A stretch of 64,000 nucleotides of DNA from Macrostomum hystrix (taxonomy: Eukaryota; Animalia; Platyhelminthes): assembly GCA_950097015.1 (NCBI GenBank), contig CATNEN010000001.1, forward strand, positions 25,606,001 through 25,670,000, in the 5' to 3' direction. Below are positions 13,590 through 25,151 of the stretch, in pieces. A program made the translations under genes and the position numbers. How positions within the stretch are numbered: position 1 is the stretch's first letter; each line of letters begins with the position of its first letter. The notes under the pieces are model-generated. The model saw only the letters and a list, made by a program, of their open reading frames with translations. It was not told the origin of the DNA and ran no database searches.

Positions 13590-13872
13590 TTGAGACTGGG
13601 GAGATGAGACTGGGGAGATGAGACAGGGAGATGAGACAGGGGAGATGAGACAGGGAGATGAGACAGGGAGATGAGACAGGGGAGATGAGACAGGGAGATG
13701 AGACAGGGGAGATGAGATAGGGGAGATGAGACGGGAGTTGAGATGGGGGGGAAATGAGACAGAGGAGATGAGACAGGGGAGAGATGAGACAGAGGAGATG
13801 AGACAGGGGAGATGAAACAGGGAGATGAGACAGGGGAGATGAGACGGGAGATGAGACAGGGGAGATGAGACA
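13590..13872. repeat. Purine-rich repeat (gg)ggagatgagaca
   Basis: 13-14 bp units; shorter paralogue at 38358-38457. Confidence 0.93.
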
Positions 13873-14169
13873 CATTATGCCCTCCCTGCTGCTAGGTGCA
13901 GTTGAGGGTCAGCTGACCTATTAGCCATGGCCATGCTGAGCCATGCACTTTCTTCAATGAAATGTGCTATGAAATGCATTGTTCTCATTGCTAGCAGAAT
14001 CTAATTGATACACATACAACTCATGTCGCTTATTCAGCGGCAAGGCTGGTAGGAGCCGGAAGTGTCAAGTCAGTGTTGATATTATATTATATTATGATTG
14101 AGTTTTTGAATGCTATTATACTAATTACTCGTTGACAATCGCCATTTCCACTAACCAATGCCCATGCAG

Positions 14170-15243
14170 GTACGAAGGCAAGGAGTACTTTGAAAAGCCG
14201 TGAGTACATACATTGCTGCTGCTTTTGTTGCATTTCTGCTCTCTGCAATCTGCAGCTCTTCTGCCCACCTGCCGCTTGCTTTCATCAGCCACTAAAAATT
14301 CCTCAGGTTTCTCATTGAGCGCTGGGAATCCTTCAAACTCATCGGCAGGGGAGGCTTCGGCGATGTCCACGAAGTGCTCACGGACACGGGCATCAGGTGC
14401 GCTGCGAAGACTCTCAGACTGCCAGTGCAGCTCGGTGATCAGCTGGACCCTTCAAAGAAAACGGAGATCGACAAGTTTATTGAGGGCGAGAAGAACCTGT
14501 GCCAGCTGCGGCACCCCAACATCGTCAGCTTCTTGCACATCGCTCAGCCTGAGTATGCGACAGTTGTTGTGTTCATGGAGCTGCTGGATGGCTGCAGCCT
14601 GGAGAGATTTCTCGACTCCAAGCCGCTGGGCGAAGAAGCCATTCGACAGTTCAGCGAGCAGGTGAGATTTGAGCAGCCTGCTCATGAGTGATGCAGTGAG
14701 TTGACTTTTTAGCGTCAGCTGACACCAGTTCCTCAACCCACCCACCTGCAGATCTGCAGCGCGCTGCACTACCTGCACAGCCGACAGCCGCCTGTGATCC
14801 ACAGAGACATCAACTGCAGCAACATCATTGTGCTCGGTGACAACAGGCGAGTCAAGCTGATCGACTTCGGCCTGTCAATCAAGCTGGAGCAGTCTGTCAG
14901 CCACCTCATAGCCTCCACTGCCACACCGAAGGGCACTCTGAACTTCATGGCGCCAGAGCTGCTGGCACCAGACGATGAAGGCAACCCGCGGTACAGCAGA
15001 GAGTCGGACATCTGGGCATTCGGCTGCTCAGTCTTCCAGATGGCCACGGGAGGCAGGCCCTACTCAAACGCCAGAAACTACTTCCACGTGGCTCAGAAGC
15101 TGAAGAAGGACGGAGCCCCCGCCCTGCCTGACGGCTGCTCGGCGGAGCTGCGGGACTTCTACAGCCGCTGCACGAAGCGAGACCGCAAGGAGAGAAAGTC
15201 AGCAGAGGAGCTGTGCCTTCACGGCTTCCTGCTGCGACGGTGA
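14170..15243 (+). CDS. Ser/Thr protein kinase domain (STE/MAP3K-like), copy 1; probably the C-terminal part of the ankyrin gene
   Basis: Exons 14170-14199 (YEGKEYFEKP), 14307-14661, 14752-15243 join in phase. Motifs IGRGGFGDV, CAAK, alphaC Glu (GEKNL), HPNIV, HRDINCSN, DFG, GTLNFMAPE, DIWAFGC. No separate start exon seen; exons linking it to the ankyrin part are unresolved. Confidence 0.9.
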
Positions 15244-15410
15244 CCAAGCTGGCAGACAGACTGGCTGACACTGATAGACCCCCTCACATTTGTAAACTTC
15301 TGAACTTACTTCAGCAGTGTAATTATTTGCTGTTTAATTTTTCCCAACGGATTTAATGCTCATTCATGAGCTGCTCCAATCCCTACTCGCTATGGTTTAA
15401 TACTGGATAA

Positions 15411-15516
15411 CCTGTGACCATCCTGTATGACTCTTGCATGACCATCCTGCATGACTCTTGTATGACCATCCTGCATGACTCTTGCATGACCATCCTGCAT
15501 GACTCTTGTATGACCA
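15411..15516. repeat. 24-bp tandem repeat atgaccatcctgcatgactcttgY
   Basis: About 4 units; identical copy at 39988-40093. Confidence 0.9.
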
Positions 15517-16994
15517 GCTCGTTTGGCTTTAATGACCAGTGCTCACATGTCCAGCTGCTCACATGTATGACAGATTCTTGCAGTTTCGCATTGTCCATCA
15601 GTTTAATTTGTCAGTGAAACACGAAACTGATGTGTTTATTACTACAGTTACTATTAGTAAACAGCCATAATATACCCAGCTTACTGTGCCAAGACAATTT
15701 TGAAACTTTTTCATTCCTCTTTGCTTTGTTGCATTCTCCGGCAGGGCAGGGGGTGGGCGGCTGCCTGGAGCCAAGCACAATGGGACAGAAGGTGCGGGTC
15801 AGCCTGAGCAGCTGCTCAGGGCTCGGTGAGACAGAAGAGCAACAATTATCAGATGAGCACTCTCTGTACTCACTCTGAGCACCTACACTCACGGTCCTCA
15901 CCTCATTGAACGAGAGACCGCAAAATTTATTATATTTCCTATCAATCGCCAGATATCAATGAAATGAGTCTATTTCTCAAAGCAGGTATTCACTGCCAGG
16001 ATGGCATTGTGCGGGGCGGCCCTCTCCCTCTACCCCACCTTGCCCTGTCTCATACGATGCAGATTTCATTCACGAGCCACGAATCCTGAGCAGTTGAGGT
16101 GGTTGGCCAGGGACATTGGAATGGGGCTACTGTCACGCAGCGTGACCATGCAGGTCATGAAATGCCTGGCATTCCATTCTCTTCCAAAAGACGGCCTGGC
16201 AGCCTTTGCCGCTGCGCTCCATCCACTGTGAGGGCGGGGCAGCTCGTCCTCTCCAGCCGCACCTCCCCCTCCTGCCCTCCCAGCCTTCTGTTGTTCAGAA
16301 AGCACAGAGAGCAGCGCAGTGCCCACCCAGCCCTGCACAGCTCGGAGATGGAGCTGGGGAGGCTGAGAGCCGGTGAGACAACTGGCTTCCATTCTCAGAA
16401 ACACCTGAGGCTGAGTTACTCTCTCCTCACTGTCTCGGCCGCAGATGCAGAAGAGAGGCTGGGCAGTGGAGTCACGTGACCGCACAGAACTCGCACCTCA
16501 TTGGCTGAGCCGTGCACTGAGACTGCGGCCTCCACTCTCTCCCAGGACCGACCGAAGTTTCTCTTGGAATCGGTTGGCCTTGCAGCGCGATTGAAAGGCA
16601 GATTATGTCCCAACTGACTACTGTGAGTAGGACTAATGCGCTGGGCAGAATTTCTGAGAAATCCAGGCCTTGGGGAATCCCGAGATTGCGGAGAATCCGA
16701 AAGGTTGCGACTATTTTTTGCTTTAGCCAACACTTGAACTTCTGCTATAACTTCTGCACAATGATCAGCCCGTCTCCAACATCCCCAGACTTTTTTGCTG
16801 GCATGGAAAGCTGCTGTTTTAATTATACAGTCACCATGGAAACCAAACACAGCTGTGACTGCACTACTGTGGCTGCGAGTATTTGAAATCTCTTACCATT
16901 GATATCACAATATTCTCTGCAGGTTAACCTGCCAGAGCAGTTGATCTGCCTTGCACTTTTAAATCTTTCAGGCACTTCTAGAACTCGTATCGAG

Positions 16995-18180
16995 TTGGGG
17001 GATTGGGGATCGATTTGGGGGAATGGGGATCGATTTGGGGGAATGGGGATCGATTTGGGGAATGGGGATCGAGTTGTGGGGATTGTGATATGGGATTGCA
17101 GTGTGGTATTGGGATGTGGGATTGGGATTACAGTGTGGTATTGGGATGTGGGATTGGGATTACAGTGAGGTATTGGGATGTGGGTTGTGGGATTACAGTG
17201 AGGCATCGGGATTTGGGATTGGGATTACAGTGAGGTATCAGGATGTAGGATTACAGTGAGGTATTGGGATGTGGGATTGCAGTGGTATTGGGATGTGGGA
17301 TTGGGATTACAGTGAGGTATCGTGATTTGAGATTGGGATTACAGTGAGGCATCGGGATTTGGGATTGGGATTACAGTGAGGTATTGGGATGTGGGATTGC
17401 AGTGAGGTATTGGGATGTGGGATTGCAGTGAGGTATTGGGATGTGGGATTACAGTGTGGTATTGGGATGTGGGATTACAGTGTGGTATTGGGATGTGGGA
17501 TTACAGTGAGGTATTGGGATGTGGGATTGAGTCAGCTGTGAGAATGGGGAGTCACCTGAGAGAATGGGGAGCCAGCTGTGAGAATGGGGAGTCAGCTGTG
17601 AGAATGGGGAGTCAGCTGAGAGAATGGGGAGTCAGCTGAGAGAATGGGGAGTCAGCTGTGAGAATAGGGAGTCAGCTGTGAGAATAGGGAGTCAGCTGTG
17701 AGAATAGGGAGTCAGCTGAGAGAATAGGGAGTCAGCTGTGAGAATGGGGAGTCAGCTGAGAGAATGGGGAGTCAGCTGAGAGAATGGGGAGTCAGCTGTG
17801 AGAATAGGGAGTCAGCTGTGAGAATAGGGAGTCAGCTGTGAGAATAGGGAGTCAGCTGAGAGAATAGGGAGTCAGCTGTGAGAATGGGGAGTCAGCTGAG
17901 AGAATAGGGAGTCAGCTGTGAGAATGGGGAGTCAGCTGTGAGAATGGGGAGTCAGCTGTGAGAATGGGGAGCCAGCTGTGAGAATGGGGAGTCAGCTGAG
18001 AGAATAGGGAGTCAGCTGTGAGAATGGGGAGTCAGTTGAGAGAATAGGGAGTCAGCTGTGAGAATAGGGAGACAGCTGAGAGAATAGGGAGTCAGCTGAG
18101 AGAATAGGGAGACAGCTGAGAGAATAGGGAGTCAGCTGTGAGAATGGGGAGTCAGCTGTGAGAATGGGGAGTCAGCTGAG
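16995..18180. repeat. Compound minisatellite (20-bp tggggatcgatttgggggaa; 26-bp gggattacagtgaggtattgggatgt; 20-bp gagtcagctgtgagaatggg)
   Basis: Three abutting arrays; apparently identical copy at 41572-42757. Confidence 0.95.
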
Positions 18181-18781
18181 TAAGGATCTGGTTGAGGCTA
18201 TGGAGATCGAAAAAAGAGTAAACATTTTCTGAAATTTGATAACCAATTCAGGCTGACAATTTGAAAGATCTTCATCCCGTGAGACCTGCAGTACTCAAAG
18301 CTCACTAGCTACTTATTTTTTTGAAGTCTCTAATTCGACTCCTGAGTCCTGGAGCATGAAATTCATTTTGAAGCAGCTCAGATTTTGGCCCTGCTCACCC
18401 TGAGCAGTGCTCACTGTTGTCTCCAGTTTGCACTGCAGGGCAGCTGGCTGAGGGAGGGCCGATGGACTCAGAATAAGGACCTCTAAAAATAGCACCTGCA
18501 CTCTGTGAGCAGAGTCGAAAACCCGATGAGATGCTCAGAATTCTAGTTGAATGGAATCGGCCATGGCAGAGAGAATTTTAGCAGCACAAATGCCTGATTC
18601 TGCAGCCTGGGCTCGAACCCACAGCCTGCGGAGTCCCAGCCGATTCTCCCAGCTGCCGTCACTCTGCAGGACATTTATAATTATGATTTATGATCCCAGC
18701 TGGCTCACCATGGGAGCGGGCAGAGGACATTGCAGCAGGAGGCGCCCACGACTGCAAGAGACAGAAGAGCGAGAGAATGAA

Positions 18782-19113
18782 GGGATTAGCATGTCCTACA
18801 AGGATTAGCATGTCCTACAAGGATTAGCATGTCCTACAAGGATTAGCATGTCTTAAAGGGATTAGCATGTCCTACAAGGATTAGCATGTCCTACAAGGAT
18901 TAGCATGTCCTACAAGGATTAGCATGTCTTAAAGGGATTAGCATGTCCTACAAGGATTAGCATGTCCTACAAGGATTAGCATGTCTTAAAGGGATTAGCA
19001 TGTCCTACAAGGATTAGCATGTCCTACAAGGATTAGCATGTCCTACAAGGATTAGCATGTCTTAAAGGGATTAGCATGTCCTACAAGGATTAGCATGTCC
19101 TACAAGGATTAGC
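18782..19113. repeat. Minisatellite, 19-bp unit aaggattagcatgtcctac
   Basis: About 17 homogeneous units; degenerate paralogue at 43507-44181. Confidence 0.95.
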
Positions 19114-19975
19114 AAGTATTTGTCCTTTAGTAAATTAGAATTCATTAAAGATTTGGGGAAGTGTTTTGGCTTAACGAAACGAATTATTTTATTTTTTATA
19201 TGGCGCTATATAATAGACATACAATTCAGACTGAACGGACAATATTTAAGCAGTTTTTTTCCGAGAAGAGAGATCTAAACTAATGCCTACTACTTAAACC
19301 GATTGTGGTCTGTGGAGGTTTCGTCTTTCAGCTTTTTGGTGAATCTGACTGTTAAACTGAACCTTCCATGCACAGTATAATCCAGTGATATAACTTATAT
19401 GTTTTAATATAAAAAAACAACAGTAAGAGTGCTTCATCTCTACTGTGCTATTAATACGAACATAATTACTTAATAGAGTTTTTGTAATCTCCAGCTGGTA
19501 TTTTTAATAAATCTTTATCAGAATTGCTAAGTTGTCACAATAATTCATTATGCAAAGACAATTTAGAAAGAATAACCCTACACAGAATTTTATTTGCTGA
19601 AATGGTCACATGTGATAAAATTAAACACCTGTCTTAATTTCTGTATTTTTAATGCTTAATGCTAATGGTTCTTTCAACTGAACGATCCACTTAAAAAATA
19701 AATATGTGGTAATTTTTTAAACGATTTTGCTAGTGCATTTAAACAATTATGCCTTACACAATGAATTTGTTTCCAAGAAATTATTATAAGTAGTGTAAGT
19801 TGTAAAATATTTGAAAGCTGGTAATGTGTCTGTGTATATTTCTTAGAATTATATATTATTTTTGTTTATCTTGCTACAAAATGATTGTCTACTTGTACAT
19901 TAGTTATTTATTGAATATTATAACAACTTTGGTAGCCCTAGTAACCCTAGAGCTGTCTCACCTGGGATCTTCCAG

Positions 19976-22262
19976 TGCGCGAGCAGACGCTGTACCTGAA
20001 GGCTGATCGACCGCTGCGGCCGGGCGATCGACTCACCACTCGACTGACCAGCAGCGACGATGCCGACGAAGAAATGACCGCCGCCGACAATGCCGAGGCT
20101 GCTGATCCGCAGGAACTCCAGCAGGTCCGCGTAGAAGACGACGATTGCGATGATGACGAGTCCGCGGTGCGTCCTGAAGCAGCCGAGCCGCGGAAGAGAG
20201 CGGCGAGCGTCGACGCCTGCGGCTCCGACAGTCGGCTGGCCAAGACGCCGCGCCTGCAGACGGGCCGCGCCCAGCAGGCCGAAGCCGCCGTCCGCTCTCG
20301 GATCCGCAGCTGCGCCAGGTGCGGCCTGTACTTCACCTCGGCCTGGATGCTGCGCACCCACCGCCAGTTCCACGGCCTGTTCGACAGCGGCGCAGCCGCC
20401 CAGCTGCGAAGACGGCGGCGACGACCGCTGCGCGACAGTCGGCCGGAGCTGGTGCTGGCGGCTCCCGTGCTCAGTGACTGGGGCAGCATCTCCTACGTGC
20501 CAGTCAGCCCAGCGCAGTACTCGACTGAGGCTCCGCAGCGGCTGCAACTGCGGCAGCGAAGGCGGCAGCAGCAGCGCCTGGAGGAGCAACTGATGATGGA
20601 GCAGCAGGAAGCTGGATGTTAGCGGGTGAGTATCTGTGCAAATACAATCTCTCTAATCAATGGCTTCAGTTTCTCGCACCGCCTCTGATCTCTGAAACCC
20701 GCGATTCTGTGAAACCCAGCAGCGGCTGCTCGCCAGATCTGCCATCTGAGACCGCGGCGCTGGACCTGACCCTGCCCAGAGCGCCGTCTCCGCCGAGGAG
20801 CACCGTCAGTGCGGGACCATTGTCCAGAGCGGCCCCCAGCCTTCAGCAGCAGCAGCAGCCCAGGCAGCGCAGCCGGCCGCCAGTCGACGGCCTCGACCAG
20901 CAGAGCCGCCCGGGCCCAGAGCAGTCGCCGAGTCCGAGGAAATCTCAGCCTTCGGCCGGCCCCGTGTCCAGCCTGATGAGTGTGTGCAAGGACTGCAAGA
21001 TCGGCTTCTTCAACTACAACAACTACGTTGTGCACCGCTCTCTATACTGCCAGAGCAGCCGCTTGGCTCAGGGGGCTGGCACACCCGGCAACTCGGGCCG
21101 CACAGCCAAGCTGCCACTGCAGCAGCAGCAGCAGCCAACCATCCAGCTGCAGGAGCAAAAGCAGACTCCAATCCTAGCAGTTCCTGTTCTGCCAACACCC
21201 AAGCTCGAGGCCCAACCCCCTGCGGCAGCCGGCAGCGCGAGTCACTCTCCCACTGGATCAGCCGAGCGCAAATTCCAGTGCCCCTACTGCCAGATCCGAT
21301 TCCACTCGCCATCCACCCTCACAGCGCATCAGGCGTTCTACTGCCCGGAGAATCCAGACAAAACTGCGCCCTCCAACACGGCCACCAACACTCTGCCATC
21401 GACTGCCGCAGCTCCAGCTGCTGCTGCTGCTGCTGCTGCCTCTGCATCGACTGCCGACAGTTCGGCATCAGCCACGTCAGCTGCCGCCACCGGCGACGCG
21501 GCAGGGTCCGGCTGCAGTCAGCCGTCCTGGCTGCCGATCTCTCTGGACGTCGGTGGAAGCGGAGCCGGCGGCTACAAGTGCTCCATCTGCGGCTACATCG
21601 GCCAGACTGAGCGCGGCATGAAGATGCACGCCAAGGTGCACTGCGGCTTCGGCGGCGGCAGCGGCCTCGGCACCGTGGCGGCTCCCAGCGGCGGCAGCTC
21701 CTCCTCAGCGCTGTCCCCATCGGAGACTTCAACAGGCGACGGCATCCGGCTGCCGAACGCCTTCGCCGGCGACCTGCTGTGCAGCATGAGCCCAGAGGAG
21801 CTGGGCATGCTGCAGCACAAAACACAGCCCTACAGCAAGCGGAGAACTTTTAAACGAGTGGCGCCGCCACTGGCGCAGCAGCAGCAGCAGACACTCCAGC
21901 TGCCACTGTCGCTTCACCCGGAGCTGCTCCGACATCAGCTCCAACAGCTGCATCAGCAGCACCAGCTGGCCATCTCTGCTGCCGGAGTCAGCGCCACAGC
22001 CGGTGCTGCTGCGGCCGTTGCTGGAGCTGGCTTTCGACTGAGCCGATGCGGCAGAGACATCGAAGACGCTCAGCAGCAGCAGCAGCTGGATCAGCTGGTC
22101 TGTGTTCGCTGCGGCGAGTCATTTGAACAGCTGGAGTCCCTGCTGGAGCATCAGGAGACCGCCTGCGCCGGCCTGAGCACCACTGCCGCGGCTGCCGTAG
22201 AAGCGGCGGCTGCGGCCGTCAAGCTGGAGGTGCGGGCAGCTGACAGCCTTGGCAGAGTTTAG
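19976..22262 (+). CDS. ZFPM: FOG/ZFPM/U-shaped family zinc-finger cofactor, 3' exons only (5' part not in window; possibly a truncated duplicate)
   Basis: Acceptor ttccag|tg at 19975, then LYLKADRPLRPGDRLT resembling the end of a PR/SET domain. C2H2 finger CARC..HRQFH; CtBP-type motif ALDLT; FOG-type CCHC fingers CKDC..HRSLYC, CPYC..HQAFYC, CVRC..HQETAC; C2H2 finger CSICGYIGQTERGMKMHAKVH. Donor at 20626, acceptor at 20669 or 20736. aataaa at about 22825. Confidence 0.8.
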
Positions 22263-22421
22263 TGGATGCGGCTCAACATTTTCTATGCGTAATATACTAC
22301 TGCCCTTCTCTATGATGCCATTTCAATACATCAATGGGCTGCAGATGGGATTCGAATACAACCTTTGAATGCTTCTGTGACTGGGAATCAGGATTCTTCG
22401 AATCATGGGAATCTGACGACA

Positions 22422-22700
22422 GGGGATTCTGTGAATCATGGGGATTGGGGAAAGATTGGATTCTGTGAATCATGGGGATTGGGGAAAGATGGGATTCTGT
22501 GAATCATGGGGATTGGGGAAAGATGGGATTCTGTGAATCATGGGGATTGGGGAAAGATGGGATTCTGTGAATCATGGGGATTAGGGAAAGATGGGATTCT
22601 GTGAATCATGGGGATTAGGGAAAGATGGGATTCTGTGAATCATGGGGATTGGGGAAAGATGGGATTCTGTGAATCATGGGGATTGGGGAAAGATGGGATT
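22422..22700. repeat. Minisatellite, 34-bp unit gggattctgtgaatcatggggattggggaaagat
   Basis: About 8 units downstream of the ZFPM stop codon. Confidence 0.95.
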
Positions 22701-23116
22701 CTTTTAATTATGGAAATTGTTAAAATGGGAATGGGATTCTATGAATCATGGGGATTGAGGAAAGATGAATTTTTAAAAATATCTTTTCATCCCATCCGCA
22801 CTCCAGTAGGACATGAGTTTAAACAATAAATAATTTCAAATTTAGATTCTGAAGACTTATATTGTTTAGCCAAGTGACACACCCGCCAATTACAATTTAC
22901 TGCACAGTGAATACACTTTGAATTGCTTAAAAACTATTGTACAGAAAAATCTGTACATCAATACTTGTGAGTAGTATGTGACATGCAAATATATTCATTG
23001 TTGCCCTGGCAACCAAATTTGCAAAGCTGCTCCAATCACGGACAGCAATCACGCCTATAAACTATTTGTGATTATTGTGTTCTAGTCTACTGTCTGATCT
23101 ATTTTTAGATTTATGT

Positions 23117-24635
23117 CATGTTTTTATGTCACTCTCTCATATCTTCTGTCACCATCTCATATCTTCTGTCACTCTCTCATATCTTCTGTCACTCTCTCAT
23201 GTCTTCTGTCACTCTCTCATGTCTTTTGTCACTCTCTCATATCTTCTATCACTCTCTCATATCTTCTATCACTCTCTCATGTCTTCTGTCACTCTCTCAT
23301 ATCTTCTATCACTCTCTCATGTCTTTTGTCACTCTCTCATATCTTCTGTCACTCTCTCATATCTTCTGTCACTCTCTCATGTCTTTTGTCACTCTCTCAT
23401 ATCTTCTATCACTCTCTCATATCTTCTATCACTCTCTCATGTCTTTTGTCACTCTCTCATATCTTCTGTCACTCTCTCATGTCTTCTGTCACTCTCTCAT
23501 GTCTTTTGTCACTCTCTCATATCTTCTATCACTCTCTCATATCTTCTATCACTCTCTCATGTCTTTTGTCACTCTCTCATATCTTCTGTCACTCTCTCAT
23601 ATCTTCTGTCACTCTCTCATGTCTTTTGTCACTCTCTCATATCTTCTATCACTCTCTCATGTCTTCTGTCACTCTCTCATATCTTCTATCACTCTCTCAT
23701 GTCTTTTGTCACTCTCTCATATCTTCTGTCACTCTCTCATATCTTCTGTCACTCTCTCATGTCTTTTGTCACTCTCTCATATCTTCTATCACTCTCTCAT
23801 ATCTTCTATCACTCTCTCATGTCTTTTGTCACTCTCTCATATCTTCTGTCACTCTCTCATATCTTCTGTCACTCTCTCATGTCTTTTGTCACTCTCTCAT
23901 ATCTTCTATCACTCTCTCATGTCTTCTGTCACTCTCTCATGTCTTCTGTCACTCTCTCATGTCTTCTGTCACTCTCTCATGTCTTCTGTCACTCTCTCAT
24001 ATCTTCTGTCACTCTCTCATGTCTTCTGTCACTCTCTCATGTCTTTTGTCACTCTCTCATGTCTTCTGTCACTCTCTCATGTCTTCTGTCATTCTCTCAT
24101 GTCTTCTGTCACTCTCTCATATCTTCTGTCACTCTCTCTTATCTTCTGTCACTCTCTCATGTCTTCTGTCACTCTCTCATATCTTCTCTCACTCTCTCAT
24201 GTCTTCTGTCACTCTCTCATGTCTTCTGTCACTCTCTCATGTCTTCTGTCACTCTCTCATGTCTTCTGTCACTCTCTCATATCTTCTGTCACTCTCTCAT
24301 GTCTTCTGTCACTCTCTCATATCTTCTGTCACTCTCTCATGTCTTCTGTCACTCTCTCATATCTTCTGTCACTCTCTCATATCTTTTATCACTCTCTCAT
24401 GTCTTCTGTCACTCTCTCATATCTTCTGTCACTCTCTAATTTCTTCTGTCACTCTCCCATGTCTTATGTCACTCTCTCATGTCTTCTGTCACTCTCTCAT
24501 ATCTTCTGTCCCTCTCTCATATCTTCTGTCACTCTCTCATATCTTCTGTCACTCTCTCATATCTTCTGTCCCTCTCTCATATCTTCTGTCACTCTCTCAT
24601 GTCTTCTGTCACTCTCTCATATCTTCTATCACTCC
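23117..24635. repeat. Minisatellite, 20-bp unit actctctcatRtcttYtRtc
   Basis: About 76 units. Confidence 0.97.
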
Positions 24636-25151
24636 CATCGACTTGTCCCTTCAGCAAACACATTGGCAATGAATTAACAGCTCAACAACATACCATAGAC
24701 GGTGGCAGTGCCAGAGCATTCGGCTGCGTCTTCAGCAACGGTGGAGGAGTCAGGAAGTGACAAATTTCAATGCGCGATGTACGCTACTCGAACGCTTGGT
24801 TGTTAGTAGTATAAAACGCATTCGCAATGCAGAAATGAGATCAGACTCACCGCTTCTCCATTTCTAGTGAGCACAGACAGGCTGGATTTCACTCCCATGC
24901 TGGAGAATTCTCCAATCTCCGAATGGCGACACTTGCTCCAGCCGATGAAGCTAGAGAGTCTGTACATAACATGGTTGCGAATTCCATTTCTGAAGAAATT
25001 TTATTGATTCGTTTTATCATTTCGGTAACCCAATTAAGTCGACAATCCTTACCATTTAGAGATCTTCAGTGCACCCAACAAGCTGCAAAATCTGATGTAA
25101 CTGGGGGATGGAACAATACGAGCGCTAGAAATCCCACGGTGCTGATCCCAA

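Larger units (their letters stand above)
1..19942 (+). repeat. Segmental (tandem) duplication, copy 1; starts before the window
   Basis: Position 1 attctgaagacttatattgtttagcc recurs at 22846. Minisatellites, ankyrin exons and kinase exons are collinear with 22846-52454. Homology ends after ggtagccctagt at 19942 (= 52454). Confidence 0.95.

Noticed and set aside
10298-15271. Antisense and alternate-frame ORFs over the ankyrin and kinase exons (likewise over ZFPM, copy 2 and PIP4K)
   Set aside because: Shadow ORFs of GC-rich coding exons with no recognisable motifs.
23075-24677. 450-520 aa Ser/Leu/His ORFs (also 240-1003)
   Set aside because: The 20-bp unit lacks stops and is open in all three frames, so this is a repeat artefact.
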